A DNA stretch of 64,000 nucleotides from Monocercomonoides exilis PA203 (GCA_001643675.2 LSRY02000014.1:62001-126000); one strand, 5' to 3'. Shown: positions 13,235 through 27,363, numbered from the stretch's first letter. A program made the numbers and translations. The notes: generated from the sequence alone by a model not told the origin.

Positions 13235-16200
13235 ATGAAGCCAACTTTATTTGATCGTTTTTTCAAATTGCTTTATAAGTTGCGATATTTTACCCTTTCG
13301 TTCTGGCTTATATGTTTAATCGTTGGAATAATAATTGGAACAAGAATTTTCAATACGTTTGATAAATTAAGAAATTATAAATGAATAACGTTTTTTGTTG
13401 GAACATATTGTAAATTTATTATCACATATTTTATTTTTATTAATCACGAAATTTTTAGAACGGCTAATGGAATTGAAGCCCCAGATGGAGCACAGGCATA
13501 TGAAGCTGCGAAAATTACTGCAAAATATTTCCCTGATCATTCCGGAGAAAAATCTGTTTATGGATTCTTTCACAATATAGGCCGTGAGAATTTAACTGAA
13601 ATCAAATGTGTTGAAAAAGTGAATGTTAATTTCCAAGAAGATATAAAGCGATGGGAAAAGAAAAACAACCGAAAACTTATTGGATATAAGTTGATATCTT
13701 ACTTTTTAACAGATAACCAGCAGCTCAAGGACAATCTTCTTGCAGAAAATAAGAATGGTTCAATGCTTATGATTGAACTTGCAACCGATGGTCAACAGCG
13801 TTATGATGACTTCCATACAATTGAAAAAATGCTTACAGAGCGTGTGAAAGGTGATTGCACTGATGAAGAGAGAGAAGATCTCGTGTTTGGTATGATGGGT
13901 CAACTTGCTTTGGAACTTGATTCGAGAAAACGAGTTGTTGAAGAAATGGGGAAAATGGAATATTTCTGCATTCCCATTGCACTTGTTATTCTTGTTATTA
14001 TGTTCAGATCATTTCGTATGCTACTTGTTCCAATTTTAACAACAGGTACAGGAACAATGACATCGTTTTTGATCATGTACCCCTTGGCAAAGTATTGCTT
14101 CATGCTTGTCACATTTGCCCCAACTCTGATGCTTTCGATGTGCTTGGCTATGTCAATTGATTATGCTCTCTTTTTCATTACTCGGTTCCGAGAAGAACTT
14201 TCGAAAGGAAAATCAGTTGCACGAGCAACTCACGAAATGCAAAGATATTCTGGGCGAATCATCCTTTTGTCGGGGGTGATTTTAACAATCGCGTTCTGCG
14301 GAGATATGTTTTTGAGGAATGAAATGCTTTTCACTCTTGGTCTTGGGTTAGCTGTAGCCATTATGACAAACATGTTGGTAAACTACACAATGATTCCTTC
14401 ATTGATTTTGGCATTCCCATCATTCTTTTCTGATTTCAACTATTTGGGAGCTGGACATTGTATGTCGCTTGTGTTGTGCTGCCGTCACAAGGCATGGAAA
14501 TTCATTGGAATCAAACCATTTAAACCAAGAAGAGTTATTGTGATGGATGAAGCAGAATCTCTCAATTCAAACGAAAGAACCGCAGGAGCATATTTAGAAA
14601 ATGGTAGTGAAGCAAAGCCTCTTGTTAGTGGAGCGCGTGCTGTACCAGGAGGCTTCCAAGTCGATCGTATGCAAGGAGCAAATAGTTCCATGGAAAAGGG
14701 AAGAGGATATTCTTTGGATTGTGAATATGACAATGGATTTGAAACTGCAACAACAGACGAAGTTATTCATGAGCTTCAAAAAGAGCAGAAAAAATCATGC
14801 TGGTTCCGTCTGACACAATGGACGACAAAACTTATTCCTTCAATTATCATCTGTGTGGTAATTATAGGTCTTTGCGTTCCTTTTGCAATATTCTTCTTGA
14901 TGAAATTCCAGAATTCAATTGCAATCGAACAAATTCTGTCTCATGGTTCAGATACAATGAACACATATCATTACATTAAAGGAGACTTTGCTCCTGGAAT
15001 ATCACAACCGCTCGAACTCATGCTTGACGCTTCTTCTATTGGTGGTTACATTGGTGTTAATACTTACAAATACTTCCAGAAGTTGCTCGAATCAGCGGCT
15101 GAAAAGTTTCCAGACATTATATCCATCCCAAGCATTTTGTCTCCATTTTACAATGCTAATCAGCAGATGATGCCTGAAATGATCGATACAGAAGCACGTG
15201 GAATTTGCGAGTCTCAGGGTGGTGACGCATTTTGCGAGGCTTTCGCAATGGTTGTGCATCGATATGTCTCTCCGGTTGACGGGAATTCGTCGTGCATCAT
15301 TGCAATCGGAACTGCCTCTGATCCAATGGGTGAAGTTGTCTACAATTGGCTTCCAGAATTCTATGAATGGCTCAGGAACTATTTGAGAGATAATGAACCT
15401 CCAATGCCCGAGCCAGTTGAACCTGGACCAATTCCGTTGGATGAAGTATCGCTTGATGGGAATTTATTGACCACAGGAAAATGCGAAAAATCTTCAGTCG
15501 AATCCGGCAGCATTGAACCAGTTGATGGGCCTGCTAAGAAACGCAGTTGGAGCAATATTTTTGCGAAGAAAACAAAAGAAGCAAAAGTATTTGAAGAATT
15601 CCCGTTCAAATCGAATAATGGAGTTATTATGGGATTGGATGGCTCTCCTGTGCAGCTTGCAGATACTGTGCGGTCAATTTACAAAGTTCTTCCATATTGT
15701 GTCTCAATCTCATTTGGCATTGTCTTCATTTTGGTTGGAGTCATCTTCAAGTCTGTGATGGTGCCCATCAGAACAGTGTTTTCACTCGCTGTGACTCTTC
15801 TTACTGTTTATGGCTTGGTTACAATGCTGTTCCAAAAGCATGCTCTGGCATGGATGATTCCTTTCCTGAAGGAAGTTGACGCGTTGTACTTTTTCGTTCC
15901 TGTGTTTGGATTCACATTGGTGCTTGGATTAGCATTGGATTATGATGTCTTCCTCTTCTTCCGAATTGTGGAATATCGCGATGCCGGCTTCTCCACAAGA
16001 GCATCTGTAATCAAGGGAATGGCATCTTCTGGCTCAATTATCAATGCTGCAGGTATTATTATGGCAGTTGCATTCTCTGGACTGATTATTTCGCATATGT
16101 CTGTGCTGGTCGAACTGGGTGTCATGCTTGTTTTGACTGTGCTGTATGATACTTTTGTTGTGCGTGTGTTCTTCGTCCCTGCCCTTATCTCTTTGCTGGG

Positions 16201-16531
16201 TAGAGCGAACTGGTGGCCTGGAAGAAGACCAATTGAAACGAAAGACGAGGATGATGTTTCTGATCAGATTGCTCGTTCTAATGAAGTTGATGACGAAGAA
16301 GAATGGCTAAAATTCATGGAAATTAACCAAACCAACCAACCTACTCTTGCATCACAAGCCATCTCAGCTGATGAAGAAAAATGCAAAGAGGCTTCGACTT
16401 ACTTCCAACCAATTAGAAAGAGAAAGCACGAAGACGAGCATTCATTTACTGCCATGGATGGACGTTCATCACAAGCTCAGCCACCAGAATCTCTTTCAAC
16501 GATTGAAGCAACACTTCCCGCTAAACTTTAA
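13235..16531 (+). CDS. MMPL-family (RND superfamily) multi-pass transporter, 1 intron
   Basis: Two hydrophobic transmembrane repeats carrying MMPL motifs AMSIDYALFF and GLALDYDVFL. The first exon (MKPTLFDR...) is joined in frame via intron 13357-13458. Confidence 0.85.
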
Positions 16532-18250
16532 ACTACTCCTTTTTATCCTCGCATGTCTGTGCGAGTTTCTATCATTTTGCCTGAGTGACATTGCTTTGCT
16601 TGAACTTTTTGCTTCGTAACTTTTCATTCTTCTTTTTCACCAGAAGTTCTTTCTAATCTTTATCTTTATCTATTCATTGCCTTTTCAACTGGCTCAATCT
16701 TCATTTTCTTTCAATCATACAAATATTTTTTAAAAGTATTTGTTCTGCTTATTCAATGTTGATTTACTGATTTCTTCCATAATTTCTTGAATTCTATCTT
16801 GTTTCTGAAATATTTCCTTCTTCTTCAAAGAGAGCGTGATTAGGCAACATACATTTTCTTTATTGTTTTAAATCTTTCTTTTTATTTATTATTTCTATAA
16901 TGAAAATTGATTTTCACATATCTTCGTTCTTTTGTTTATTTGTTTGGTTTATAATCTTTCTTTCTTTCTTCTTTTTCATATTTTATTCATTCTTTACATT
17001 TCCATTCTTGAGGGTGTTTATATCTGGTTATGTTTTTCGATTTCTACATTTCAAAATTTTTAAATCTTTAATTCCAAGCTCTTATTGGGATAAATCACTC
17101 TTTGTCTGATTTCTGATTTATTTATATTTTTTCTGATTTCTTTCTTTTTCTGACCTTTTCAACGATTCTATTTCCTTTATCTCTCGTTTTTTATTGTATG
17201 TTTTCAATTTTTGTTGCGATTTATTTTAATTTCCGAAAATTGCGTAATGCTTAATGGCTTGCGCACGAAGCATATCAAATGGACGAAACTTCGATTATTG
17301 AAGAAGATAGTCGAGTCCTTCAATGAGCTCTGCATTGCAACGAAGGATTTGAATGCTTATTCAATGCGCGCGAGTTCCAATCGACATTTCGCTTTTACAT
17401 GCATCGACATTTCGGATACGAAGCGAAGAATCAAGGCATTCAACGAAAAGCAAAGCAGCAAAAACTTTTGACAAGTCTAGACCGAAAAATGCATCTGCTA
17501 CAATTGACTAGAAAAAAAAGCGAACACGGGGAGATGGAGAACGAAGCGGAAATCAAAACTATTTAAGATTTAATCTTAATTGTTTTTTATTCTGTTCTCT
17601 GTTCTCTCTAATTTTTTTCTGTTATTTTTTTGTTTACATTCTCGTTTAATGTTAGAAATAGCGTCATCTTCAAATATTTCTGTAGTTTTCATGATTTGAA
17701 ATAGTTGTGTTTGTTTTGCTTTTCCATGTGCTTTGAAGCGGAAAGTATTTTCAATTCTATCCGAAATCAAAGATGAAAAAGAAATATTCTTTAATGTTGT
17801 TTCGATGTGAAAATGAATTTTCTGTAAAATCATGTTACTTGGCACATCAAATTATTTCAACAATTTATTGTTTCATAATTTTCACGAAGCATTCTTAATG
17901 TATTCATGTCTTATGTTTGTTTCAACAATCTGCCCGTTTGTTCAAAGTGCGATTGAGACAGATCGAGCAGTTATTTTAATTTGTGTCCACTCTATTTTTT
18001 TCTTTTCTTTTTAATCTTTTTTATATGCAATGGTTATTTTTCTTTTTCTTTTCTTCATAAATATTAATTTTGCAATGAAGTTTTCATTTGCTGTGCGCCA
18101 TTTTTGATTTTTCTTCAATCATATTTTTAACATCAGGCAAATGAATACCACCTGACTTTAAATTCTTTAAAATATTTCCTCTTCACATTGGCAGAGAGAG
18201 AAAAAAATACATCAAATAATTTCTCAAAAGAAATTTCAAAAATCATTGAA

Positions 18251-19954
18251 TTAAATATATCTATTGACAACGAAAGCGCATTCCATGCAAGTAGAAAATA
18301 AACACAAAATGATTTTTCCTTTTTCTATTCAGATTTCTTTTCTTTTTCTTGCTCATTCAGCTGAGGTGGGAATTTTAGACAACTACTCAGATGCACCTTA
18401 TCGAATTGATCGTCAGGTGTTGCTGATGATGATGACTTCTCAGGGCAAAGGAAGTTGTCTATCTCTTCTTCTGTCATTTCTCGCTCGAGCATGTCTCGCT
18501 TTGCTTTCGTTTCTGGGTCTTCTGAAGAAACAATTCTTTTTTTGTATCGTTTCTATCAATTATCAGAAGAATAAAGACATCAAATATATATTAAAAAACA
18601 TTCTCGAATGCTTCATACCATTTGTCTTTCATATTGGTCAGGATGTGGCAACTCTTCGAGTGAAGCACAATGCGGCTCCTCAGAAAAATAAGGATGTTTC
18701 AGCGCTTCCTCCGCAGACGGACGGGCAGATGGATCGAGCGACAGAAGCGATGTTAGAAGCGCAATCTCAGAAGGAGGAGATGATGAAAAGAATTTCTGAA
18801 AACAAATTCAATTTTTAATATAAAAATACATATGAATGAAACACAGAAGATTGACATACATTGAGATCGATGCCTTTTATTGGTTCAAATGGAATGAATC
18901 GAGGAAGTGATTTCATGCCCTGAAATAACATTCATCATCATTAGAATCATAAAATGCAATGATATAAAGTCGTAGTTAAAAATGAAATGAATGTAATAAA
19001 TTGATATGCAAAAGAAAAGAAAATTTGTACTAAAAAAGATAATTTCTTTTTCAAAAATTTATTGATTATTATGAGCATATTACAAAAAAAAAATATTTTT
19101 TTTTTTTTGAGCATAAATATTATTGCATACGTGCCATTCCTCGTCTTGTGGTGTACCTAGGAATGTGAATATCTTTGTCAGCTGATCAATATCAGTCAAT
19201 CCTTTAAATAGAGGCCGTTCTCTTGAAAAAATTTAAAAAAATAAATAAAGAATCCTTAACTCATACACGAAACATTAAAGAGAATATCATACGTATGCAT
19301 CATTTCTCCCAATATGCATCCAACGGACCAAATGTCGCTTGAAAAATTCAAATTTTTCGTTCCAAAAATAAGTTCCGGTGCTTGATACCATCGTGAAATG
19401 ATAGGTGAAGAGCTTGGATCAAAAGGCATGCTAACATCAATAGAAAATCCGAAATCTGTAAGTTTTAAGCTACGATCTTGTGCAATTAAAAAGTTTTCCG
19501 GTTTCAGATCCTGAATTCAAAAAATTGAATTTACAAAAAGAACAAATCTTTCGCATACTCGATGAAGAATTCCTTTTTCATGGCAAAATTTAACTGCCTG
19601 TAATACTTGTTTGATATACGCTTTTCTAATAGGCAAAGGAATTGCACCTTTCATTCCTACCAAAACACTTCCAAGATCAGATTTCATTAATTCATACGCA
19701 ACATAATAATCACCGAATTCATTTTGAAAAGAATCTAGATATTTAACAATGTGTTCACTTTCAAGAGATTTGTGCAATGATATTTCTCGAACAATTGCCT
19801 CGGAAGTCTCTTTGGATTTTGTTCTTTGCTTGAAGCGCTTCAGTGCAACCTCTTTTCCTGTTTCTTTACATATAGCCCTATGTACTTTTCCATATGATCC
19901 GTTGCCTATGACTTCTTTTTTTTCGTATTGAGATAATTTATCTTTTTCCGACAT
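18251..19954 (-). CDS. CDK-family Ser/Thr kinase (CDK7/CDK20-like), multi-exon
   Basis: GNGSYG, VALK, HR|DLKPEN, DFG, RWYQAPELIFG, DIWSVGCI, LGTPQDEEW and RPSAEEALKHPYF are spread over about 6 exons. The 3' end is uncertain. Confidence 0.85.
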
Positions 19955-20028
19955 TTTTAATGATTAAAAAAAAAATATGCGCCCATAACATTTATCATGA
20001 AGTATCATATTGGATATAAATCGAATAT

Positions 20029-21949
20029 CTATAAAAACAAAAAAGAAGGATGTCGGTCAAGCGGAACGTTGGCAACAGGTTGAAAAGGTGACTGAAAAGT
20101 TGACAAAGTCTCATTATTTTTCGATCTTATTGAATATGAAATTAGAGAAGTATTTAAACATGATGAATTGCTTAACTTTTCATTAGATAACGTATTTGAT
20201 TGGTCGAACACAAATGTCGCAGCAGAAGAAGCATGAATTGATGATGGTGAAGATAAACAAGATGCCGGCGCTTTAAATGGTTCTAAAAACGAGTTTTTTT
20301 GATTGCACGTTTTGTATTCTGGATTGCGTAATGTTGTCATTCCACATTTATCATCAGACCATTCCATTAATGTTGATGGAGTTGTTGGCTCTGAATAGAC
20401 TTTTTGTGATGATTTTTGATGAAACTCCGACGGAGCGTGAAAATCACGTAAAGGCAGAGGAAAAGTTGATTGAGTCTGCAAAAAGGGATTTTGCTGCAAT
20501 GTTTCACTGTTGGTATTTGATTGATGAATTGAATGAGAAGAGGCTGAGTCAAAAATCGGTAAAGCAACCGAAGGCGACACGTCAAACAAAAACTGATTCT
20601 TTGAAGAAGCTTCGGCTTTTTCCACTTTCTTGTTTGAAGCTGATTGAAGTTCCGAATGAAATGAGCGATGAGGAGGTGTCATAACGGGACAGGTTTGAGA
20701 TGAGCAATTTTGGTGAAATGGATTTGAAGAAGATGATGATTCATTTGCAAAGAAATGAGATTGAGGCATTTTGCTGTCTTGATCTTTCTTTTCAAATAAA
20801 ATGGCTTTATCTTTATTCGATAAAGAACTATTTGAACCAATTTCTGTGAAATGACTCGATGTTAAGTCGCATCTTGATTGAGAATTAACTTTTGATGTTG
20901 AAAATTCATCTATTAAAGGATGCGTCGTTGAGAAGCAATGTTTCTTTGGCAAGGAAGCAACTGCATCAGGACGAGTGGACACTGAAGAGTGTGGCTTGTT
21001 TGAGATGTGCTTGAAAGAAGATGCTGGAAGAGATGCAACCCGATTGTGTTTGGAAAGCGATCTTTTGACTGTTTTCTGCAGCACATCCAAATACTTCGAA
21101 CTTGCAGAAGGAGAAATGGTGGTTGATAACTCATCGATGCCGGAATGAAATAATGGATACGGTGGAGCAGATGCAATTTGAGGTAAAACATCTTCGCATA
21201 CGAAAATGCAACTTTCAACTTGTGGCTGAGATTTTATGTGATTTATTAACGAGGAATATATTTCCCATGGAGGCGAAGAAGATCGCAAAGAACGCTCGTT
21301 CACTGAAAATCCTCTTTCTGAAGCATTAAATTTACCTTTTTCGAATTGCTCGGAAGCATGGGTTTTCCTATTTAGATAATTTGACCGTTGATCTGGCTTG
21401 CAAGTGTTGTAAGGTTGCATTTTCTTCATTTGAAACTCTTCTTGGCTTTTTTGGCATGTCGGTTTCAATGCTCGCATTTTTGATATGAATCCACTTTTTT
21501 CGCTTGATTTCTTAGTTACACAAAAATCTGCGTCAGAAAGTTGGCATTTTTCAGTTTGAGTTGATTTTTCTTCAGCTAAATTTGTCTTTGTAAATTTTTC
21601 ATTCTGTTGTGATTGGTCAATAATGCCTGGATCTTCTGTAACGTTCGGAGGCAACGAAGGCACTACAATGCCAATTGTTTTTGTCAAGTTGTCGAAAATT
21701 TGATATGAATTACGTCTTCTTGAAGCTTCTAATTCTTTGATACTTTCCTGTAAAGAACATAAATCTGAGCGATATTTCCCTGTTTTATCGTCCTTTTTAA
21801 AGATACGATTATTATAAAGTTAATATAACTCATACAAAATTTTCTTGTAAATCCTCCAAATTTTTCAGTGATTGATTAAGGATTTCATCATTACTCAAAG
21901 AATTATCAAAAGCATCCGTTCCAAAATGTGTTCCATCTTTCACATTCAT
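20029..21949 (-). CDS. Ser-rich hypothetical protein, 1 intron
   Basis: 552-aa ORF extended in frame by exon MNVKDGTH...QENF via a GT-AG intron. Confidence 0.7.
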
Positions 21950-22169
21950 AATTTTTATTTTGCCTAAATCAAAGTGGATAAACAAAAAATCCTGATTACA
22001 GGTCTCTTTAAATTCTTTAAATGAAAAGATTTTTGAAAAATCAAGTATTATATCCTATTTTTTAAAAATATTGTCTTTCAATAAATTGTCACAAACTGAT
22101 ATTTTACATTCAATTTTCTCTATTTTTTTAACAATTTGATCATAAAGCCCATATTACATATATAAAAAC

Positions 22170-24323
22170 ATGTTTGTTGGGTTTTTAGTTTTGTTCGTTG
22201 CTGCTTCTGCAACAAATGATGATAATAAGCTCAAATTTATTATTTATCATACAAACGATGGTTTGCCAAAATTTTTGTGAATATTTTGTTTTTAATCAAT
22301 ATTGATTGGGAAAATTGAAGTTCATGGATGGGTAAATGGAGATAAGCATGTTCCAGAGAGAGATGCTTTATTGTCCGATTATCAAAATCTTATTGAACAT
22401 AGAAAGGCAGCGTTGACGGATGACGAACACTTTTTTGCATTTGATTCTGGAGACTGGACTCAGGTCTTGTTTTTCCTTTGAAAAATGAAATATTTGTATC
22501 TTAAAAATAATATTGTTTCTTCAATTTTTGTATTTATTCATTAAAAAATTCAGGGAACTGGATTGAGCGATGCGACAAGCATTCCAGGTGAATTCATTTT
22601 TGATCTTGCAAAGAACATGACAATCGATGTTATGACAGCAGGAAATCATGAACTTTATCAAGATGCTTGCATTAACAATATTGCTGATAAAGTCTTGAAT
22701 GAATTGGGTGACAGATACGTCACTGCAAATGTTATTCGTAAAAAGGATAACAAGCAAATTGGTAAAAGCTACAGAACATTCGATATTGTAAATTTTGGAA
22801 ATGTTACAGCGTTTGGATTTATATTCAACTTTCAAGGAGGATCAAACAATATTACAGTCACAAAAATGGAAGAAGTATTAGAGAATAATAAGAATGGATG
22901 GGTTAAAGATGCTTTAAGCGTTCAGAATTTGAGATTTTTGGTTTGTGTTGCACATCTTCCACCAACTCCAGAAGATGGTAATCCGGATGAATCAGCATTA
23001 ATTTTGACAAAATTGCACGACATTGTGAAAGAGATACTTGGGCACGATCTTCCAGTATTGTTTTTTGGGGGACACGATCACGGGACTTACAACAGAACGA
23101 TTAACGATGATTATTTGGTTGAAAGTGGCTGCTTCTTTAAGAAAGTTGGACAAGTTACGTTTGAGATGCCGAGGCAGTATGATGCAAACACAAACAAATT
23201 CGAAAACCTGAAAGTGAATTATATCGAAACAAATGTAAAGAAAATGCAGGAACATCTTGGAATCAGTGCAGACAAATGGGAGACAGAAACCGGAAAGGCG
23301 ATGAAGGCAGCGATAAAGGCCAAATACTCAGAATTGAATCTTGACAAGCCGATCGGCTGCTCACCTCAAGATTTCACACGCGAATACAACGACAAGGCAG
23401 AAAACTCGCTGTACTATCTCCTTGTCAACAAAGTGTATCCCACAGAAAAGCCCCTCGTCCACGCCGACAGTAACAACATTGTGATGTTCACGACCAACAG
23501 CGGGTCTCTTCGTTCTCCGCTGAGCAAAGGAGAATTCACATACGACGATGTGATCTCGATTGACCCCTTCCAGAACACATTCACAGCCATCCGCGACATC
23601 CCAGGCACGTTCTACCACAAGCTGTACAATGGCAAAGTGGAAGTGATGAATGCGCTGATGAACAGCGAGGAGAGAGAGGCTGAGATTATGAGAGAGCGTG
23701 CTGCGAAGGGCATTGTGCAGAACTGGGGCGAATTTGCAGACGGACATGTGATGAAGACGAAGGAGATGAACAGTCTTCTGAAGTTTGCAGAAGAGAACAG
23801 AGGAAAACTGCTGAACAGCGAGATCAAGCAGCTGGAGTGGCTGCTGAACGGCGATCTTCATCCGACCAATCCGTTCTATGATTCTGAGCTGCCCTTTGAA
23901 GCAGACCCGCAGGAGACAGACTTCAAGACGCGGTATGCGCTGACGAATGTGGACATTCCGAACTCTGACGATGTGAAAGTGGACATCATCACGAACTCGT
24001 ATGACGGGCCACGCATTTTCAGGGCGTTGGGCAAGTACAACTTCCAGGGTACGTTGGAGAAGACAGAGAATGACACGATCAATGTGCTCATTCACTACCT
24101 CCAGAACAACTTCAAGTGCGAGCCAGAGAACAAAGACGACCCCGCAAAGGACAAAAAGAAGGCGGTGCCGTATATCATTGGGGGTGTTATCGGAGGGACA
24201 GTGGTGATTGCTGTGATTGTGGTTGTGGTTGTGGTGGTTGTGAGGAGGCAGAGGAAGAAGAAGATGAACAGAGACCAAGTGCTGGACTCTCTTCTGGAAG
24301 GCGACTCCTACCGCCAGAAGTAG
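22170..24323 (+). CDS. Secreted, membrane-anchored 5'-nucleotidase-like calcineurin-fold metallophosphoesterase, 2 introns
   Basis: Signal peptide MFVGFLVLFVAASA, motifs HTNDVHGW, DSGDWTQGTGLSD, GNHE and GGHDH, and a C-terminal transmembrane helix followed by a basic stop-transfer segment. Confidence 0.9.
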
Positions 24324-25153
24324 AGAGAGGGGAAATATCAAACAGCATTGCTCTGTTTATTGTTTTCAGCCTTTATCTATGGCTTCATTGGTTTGAGTTA
24401 TTGAAATAATAAAAAATACATTTTATATGGTTTGTGATTTTTGACGCTGATTCTTTTGGGAAATCAGAAAGTTGTCAGTTAATAAAAATAAACAAACACA
24501 AATAAAAGTCATGTTTTTATCTGCAATTTGCATTGTATTCTCCCACATTCCTTTCTTTTTTGCTATCATTTTCCATAATTGCTTCTTATGTTTATTTTTC
24601 ATTTTTTTGGACTTTATTTAACTCCAAAGCTCACCTTCCTTTTGTCGATGGGTTCTATCTTCACTTTTTTTTTTAATCCGCACTTTCAATTTTTAGAAAT
24701 ATAGATAATATTATCTTTAAACCTAATCTGAAAAGAGTTTCTGTCTTTATTCTTTTTCTGCCTTTTGTTATCAAATTGAACTTCTTTTTAATTTTCATAT
24801 CAAATGACTCAAAATCCATTCCTCAACTTACAAATGTGATCAAAACAATAAGATAAAATTTTCATTTTTTCCAAATGCAAAAGACAAATCATATTTCTGA
24901 TAATATATTATAAAACTTTGAGTAATGCTAAGTTTATTTAAAAGTCTTTGTCATAAAAAATAGGTTTCAAATATGGATATTTCCTTCAATTTTGAACGCA
25001 GGAAGGATAATTCTTTGGATCGTGTCTTTCCATCAATAATTCACAACATATTTTATAATATAACTGATTATTTTTCTTAAAAAACATAGTTAGAAATTGT
25101 GAAAATGTTATCTATTTATGGGAAAATTACCCTTAACTGATAATTATTCGATC

Positions 25154-26913
25154 ATGGACGAAGAATACGAAGTTATAATTCTTGGTTGGGGCTTTGTTTA
25201 ACATTAAATTTTATATTGATTAAATTGAAATGTTTTTCATGTGTTTTTTTATTGGGAATGAACTTCGACACTTATATATAAAACATTGATTTAATTTGAT
25301 CAGGAACTGGATTGACTGAGTGCATCCTTGCTGCTATTTTGTCATGCCATGGTAAAAAAGTGTTGCACATTGACAGAAATGAGTATTATGGTGGTGATTG
25401 CGGTTCATTGTCATTAGATCAGACATTTGCAAAATTCCGAGGGTTTTGTTAACTCTTATATATTTTTCTGGGTTTAGTTTTCTATTTTTTCCAGACCAGA
25501 TGTGAAACCACCAGCAGCATTGGGACGCTCACGTGACTACAACATTGATCTTGTCCCCAAGTTCCCTCTTTCAAAAGGTTTGAAGTTTTTTCGAAAAAAA
25601 GAACTTTCAATTTATTCTTCAATTTGTTTTTCGCAGGAAACATCATGAAAGCTATTGTCCATACTGGTTGCAATAGATATCTTGAATTCCACAGATGCAA
25701 AGGTGCATTTTTGGTTAAGAAAGACAAGCCATATAAAGTCCCATCAACAACTGGAGAAGCTGCAACAACAGGTCTTGTTGGAATGTTCCAAAAACCAAAA
25801 CTTGTTAAGTTTTTGGAATTTGTTAGCAAATGTGATGCTGATTCAAAAGATACATGGCAAGGAATGGAACTTGACAAGATTCCAATGAAAGATGTTTTCA
25901 AGAAGTTTGACCTTAACAAAGACACATGCGAATTTGTTGGACATGGAATGGGTCTCCACCTTAATGAACAGTTTGTTCTAAACTTTTATTGCTTGCAATT
26001 TTATTTTATTTTATTTTATTTTTTTCCCTGCAGATACTTGGACGAGCCTGCTTTGCCAACCGTTATGAAGATTCGTCTTTATGGATTGAGTGTTGCTACA
26101 TATGGAGAGTCTCCTTATTTGTATCCAAAATACGGTATTGGTGAAGTCGGACAAGGCTTTGCCCGTCTGTCAGCTGTGTTTGGAGCAGTGTACATCCTCA
26201 ACTGCAATGTCGACAAGATTCTGTTTGATGAGAACGGAAATGTTCGTGGAATCTCTGCAGGCACAGAGACGCCCCGTGCACCTCGTCTGGTGATGGATCC
26301 ATCATACTTCCCTGAATACTCCCGCTCCGTCGGCAAAATTGCACGTGCCATCTGCATCATGTCTCATCCAGTGAAGGACACTGACAATGCTGACAGTGGA
26401 ATGATCATCATCCCACAATCACAGTGCGGGCGCCATCACGATGTGTATGTGTCATTCCTGTCATCTGCACATTGTGTGTGTCCCAAGGGCAAATTCTTGG
26501 CATTCGTGTCAACAACAGTCGAGACAGCCGAGCCAGAGAAGGAGCTTGCTGCTGGAATGAAGCTGTTGAACCCAGTTGATGAGTACTTCTTCCGCGTGTC
26601 CGAGTTGTATGCGCCCATCAAATCAGGAGACAAAAACATTCATGTTTCGAACTCGATCGATGCGACATCTCATTTCGAGACAGTCATGGACGATGTGTTC
26701 AGACTGTACAAGGAAGTCACTGGAGAAGACTTGGATCTCACAAAAGAGGCTGAGGAGCAGGAGAAGACAAGACAGGCAGCTGGATGCATCCCAATGGAAT
26801 CCTCGTCAACTGCTGAGGCTTCGTCTTCGGCTACGCCTTCTTCAGCCACTCCAGAAGCTGAAGCTTCATCAGCTGCGCCAGCAAGTGAGTCTGGAGAAGA
26901 GAAAAAAGACTAA
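25154..26913 (+). CDS. GDI: Rab GDP-dissociation inhibitor, 4 introns
   Basis: MDEEYEVIILGTGLTECIL, HIDRNEYYGG, RDYNIDLVPK, SPYLYPKYGIGEVGQGFARLSAV, DATSHFET. Confidence 0.97.
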
Positions 26914-27363
26914 AGAATCCAAAGTCTGACAATTAGCTTGTGAAACAATATCCAGCTTTTCTAGAAATTTTTTGCAAATTTTTTAATTTTCAATTTTTAT
27001 TTGATCTTATTTTGTTACGTTATTCATATTCCAAACAATCAAAGCACACTTCTTCGATGTTCTTTCTTTGTTGTCTGTTTTGTCTCACCGTCGAGTGCAT
27101 TTCTAAGTTGAACTTATTTTAGCCTTTCTTATTTTCTTTTGCTAACGTTCAATGAGCAAATTGATTTTGAATTTATCATTACATTCGCTTTTGAACATTC
27201 TTGAAACGTCTTTTCAAAAAAAAAAATTTTTTTTTTCCATTTTTTTTGATTAAAATTTTAACTTTAAAGGATCAGAAATTGTTGGAAAAAAAAAACAACT
27301 TTAACAAAAAATGTCCAAATTTTATAAAGGGAGCAAACAATAAAGAAAAAATCTGCAACAAAA

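Noticed and set aside
18264-18818. 184-aa plus-strand ORF
   Set aside because: It is antisense to the terminal exons of the minus-strand kinase.
23361-24341. 326-aa antisense ORF
   Set aside because: It is a shadow of the GC3-rich nucleotidase CDS and has no motifs.
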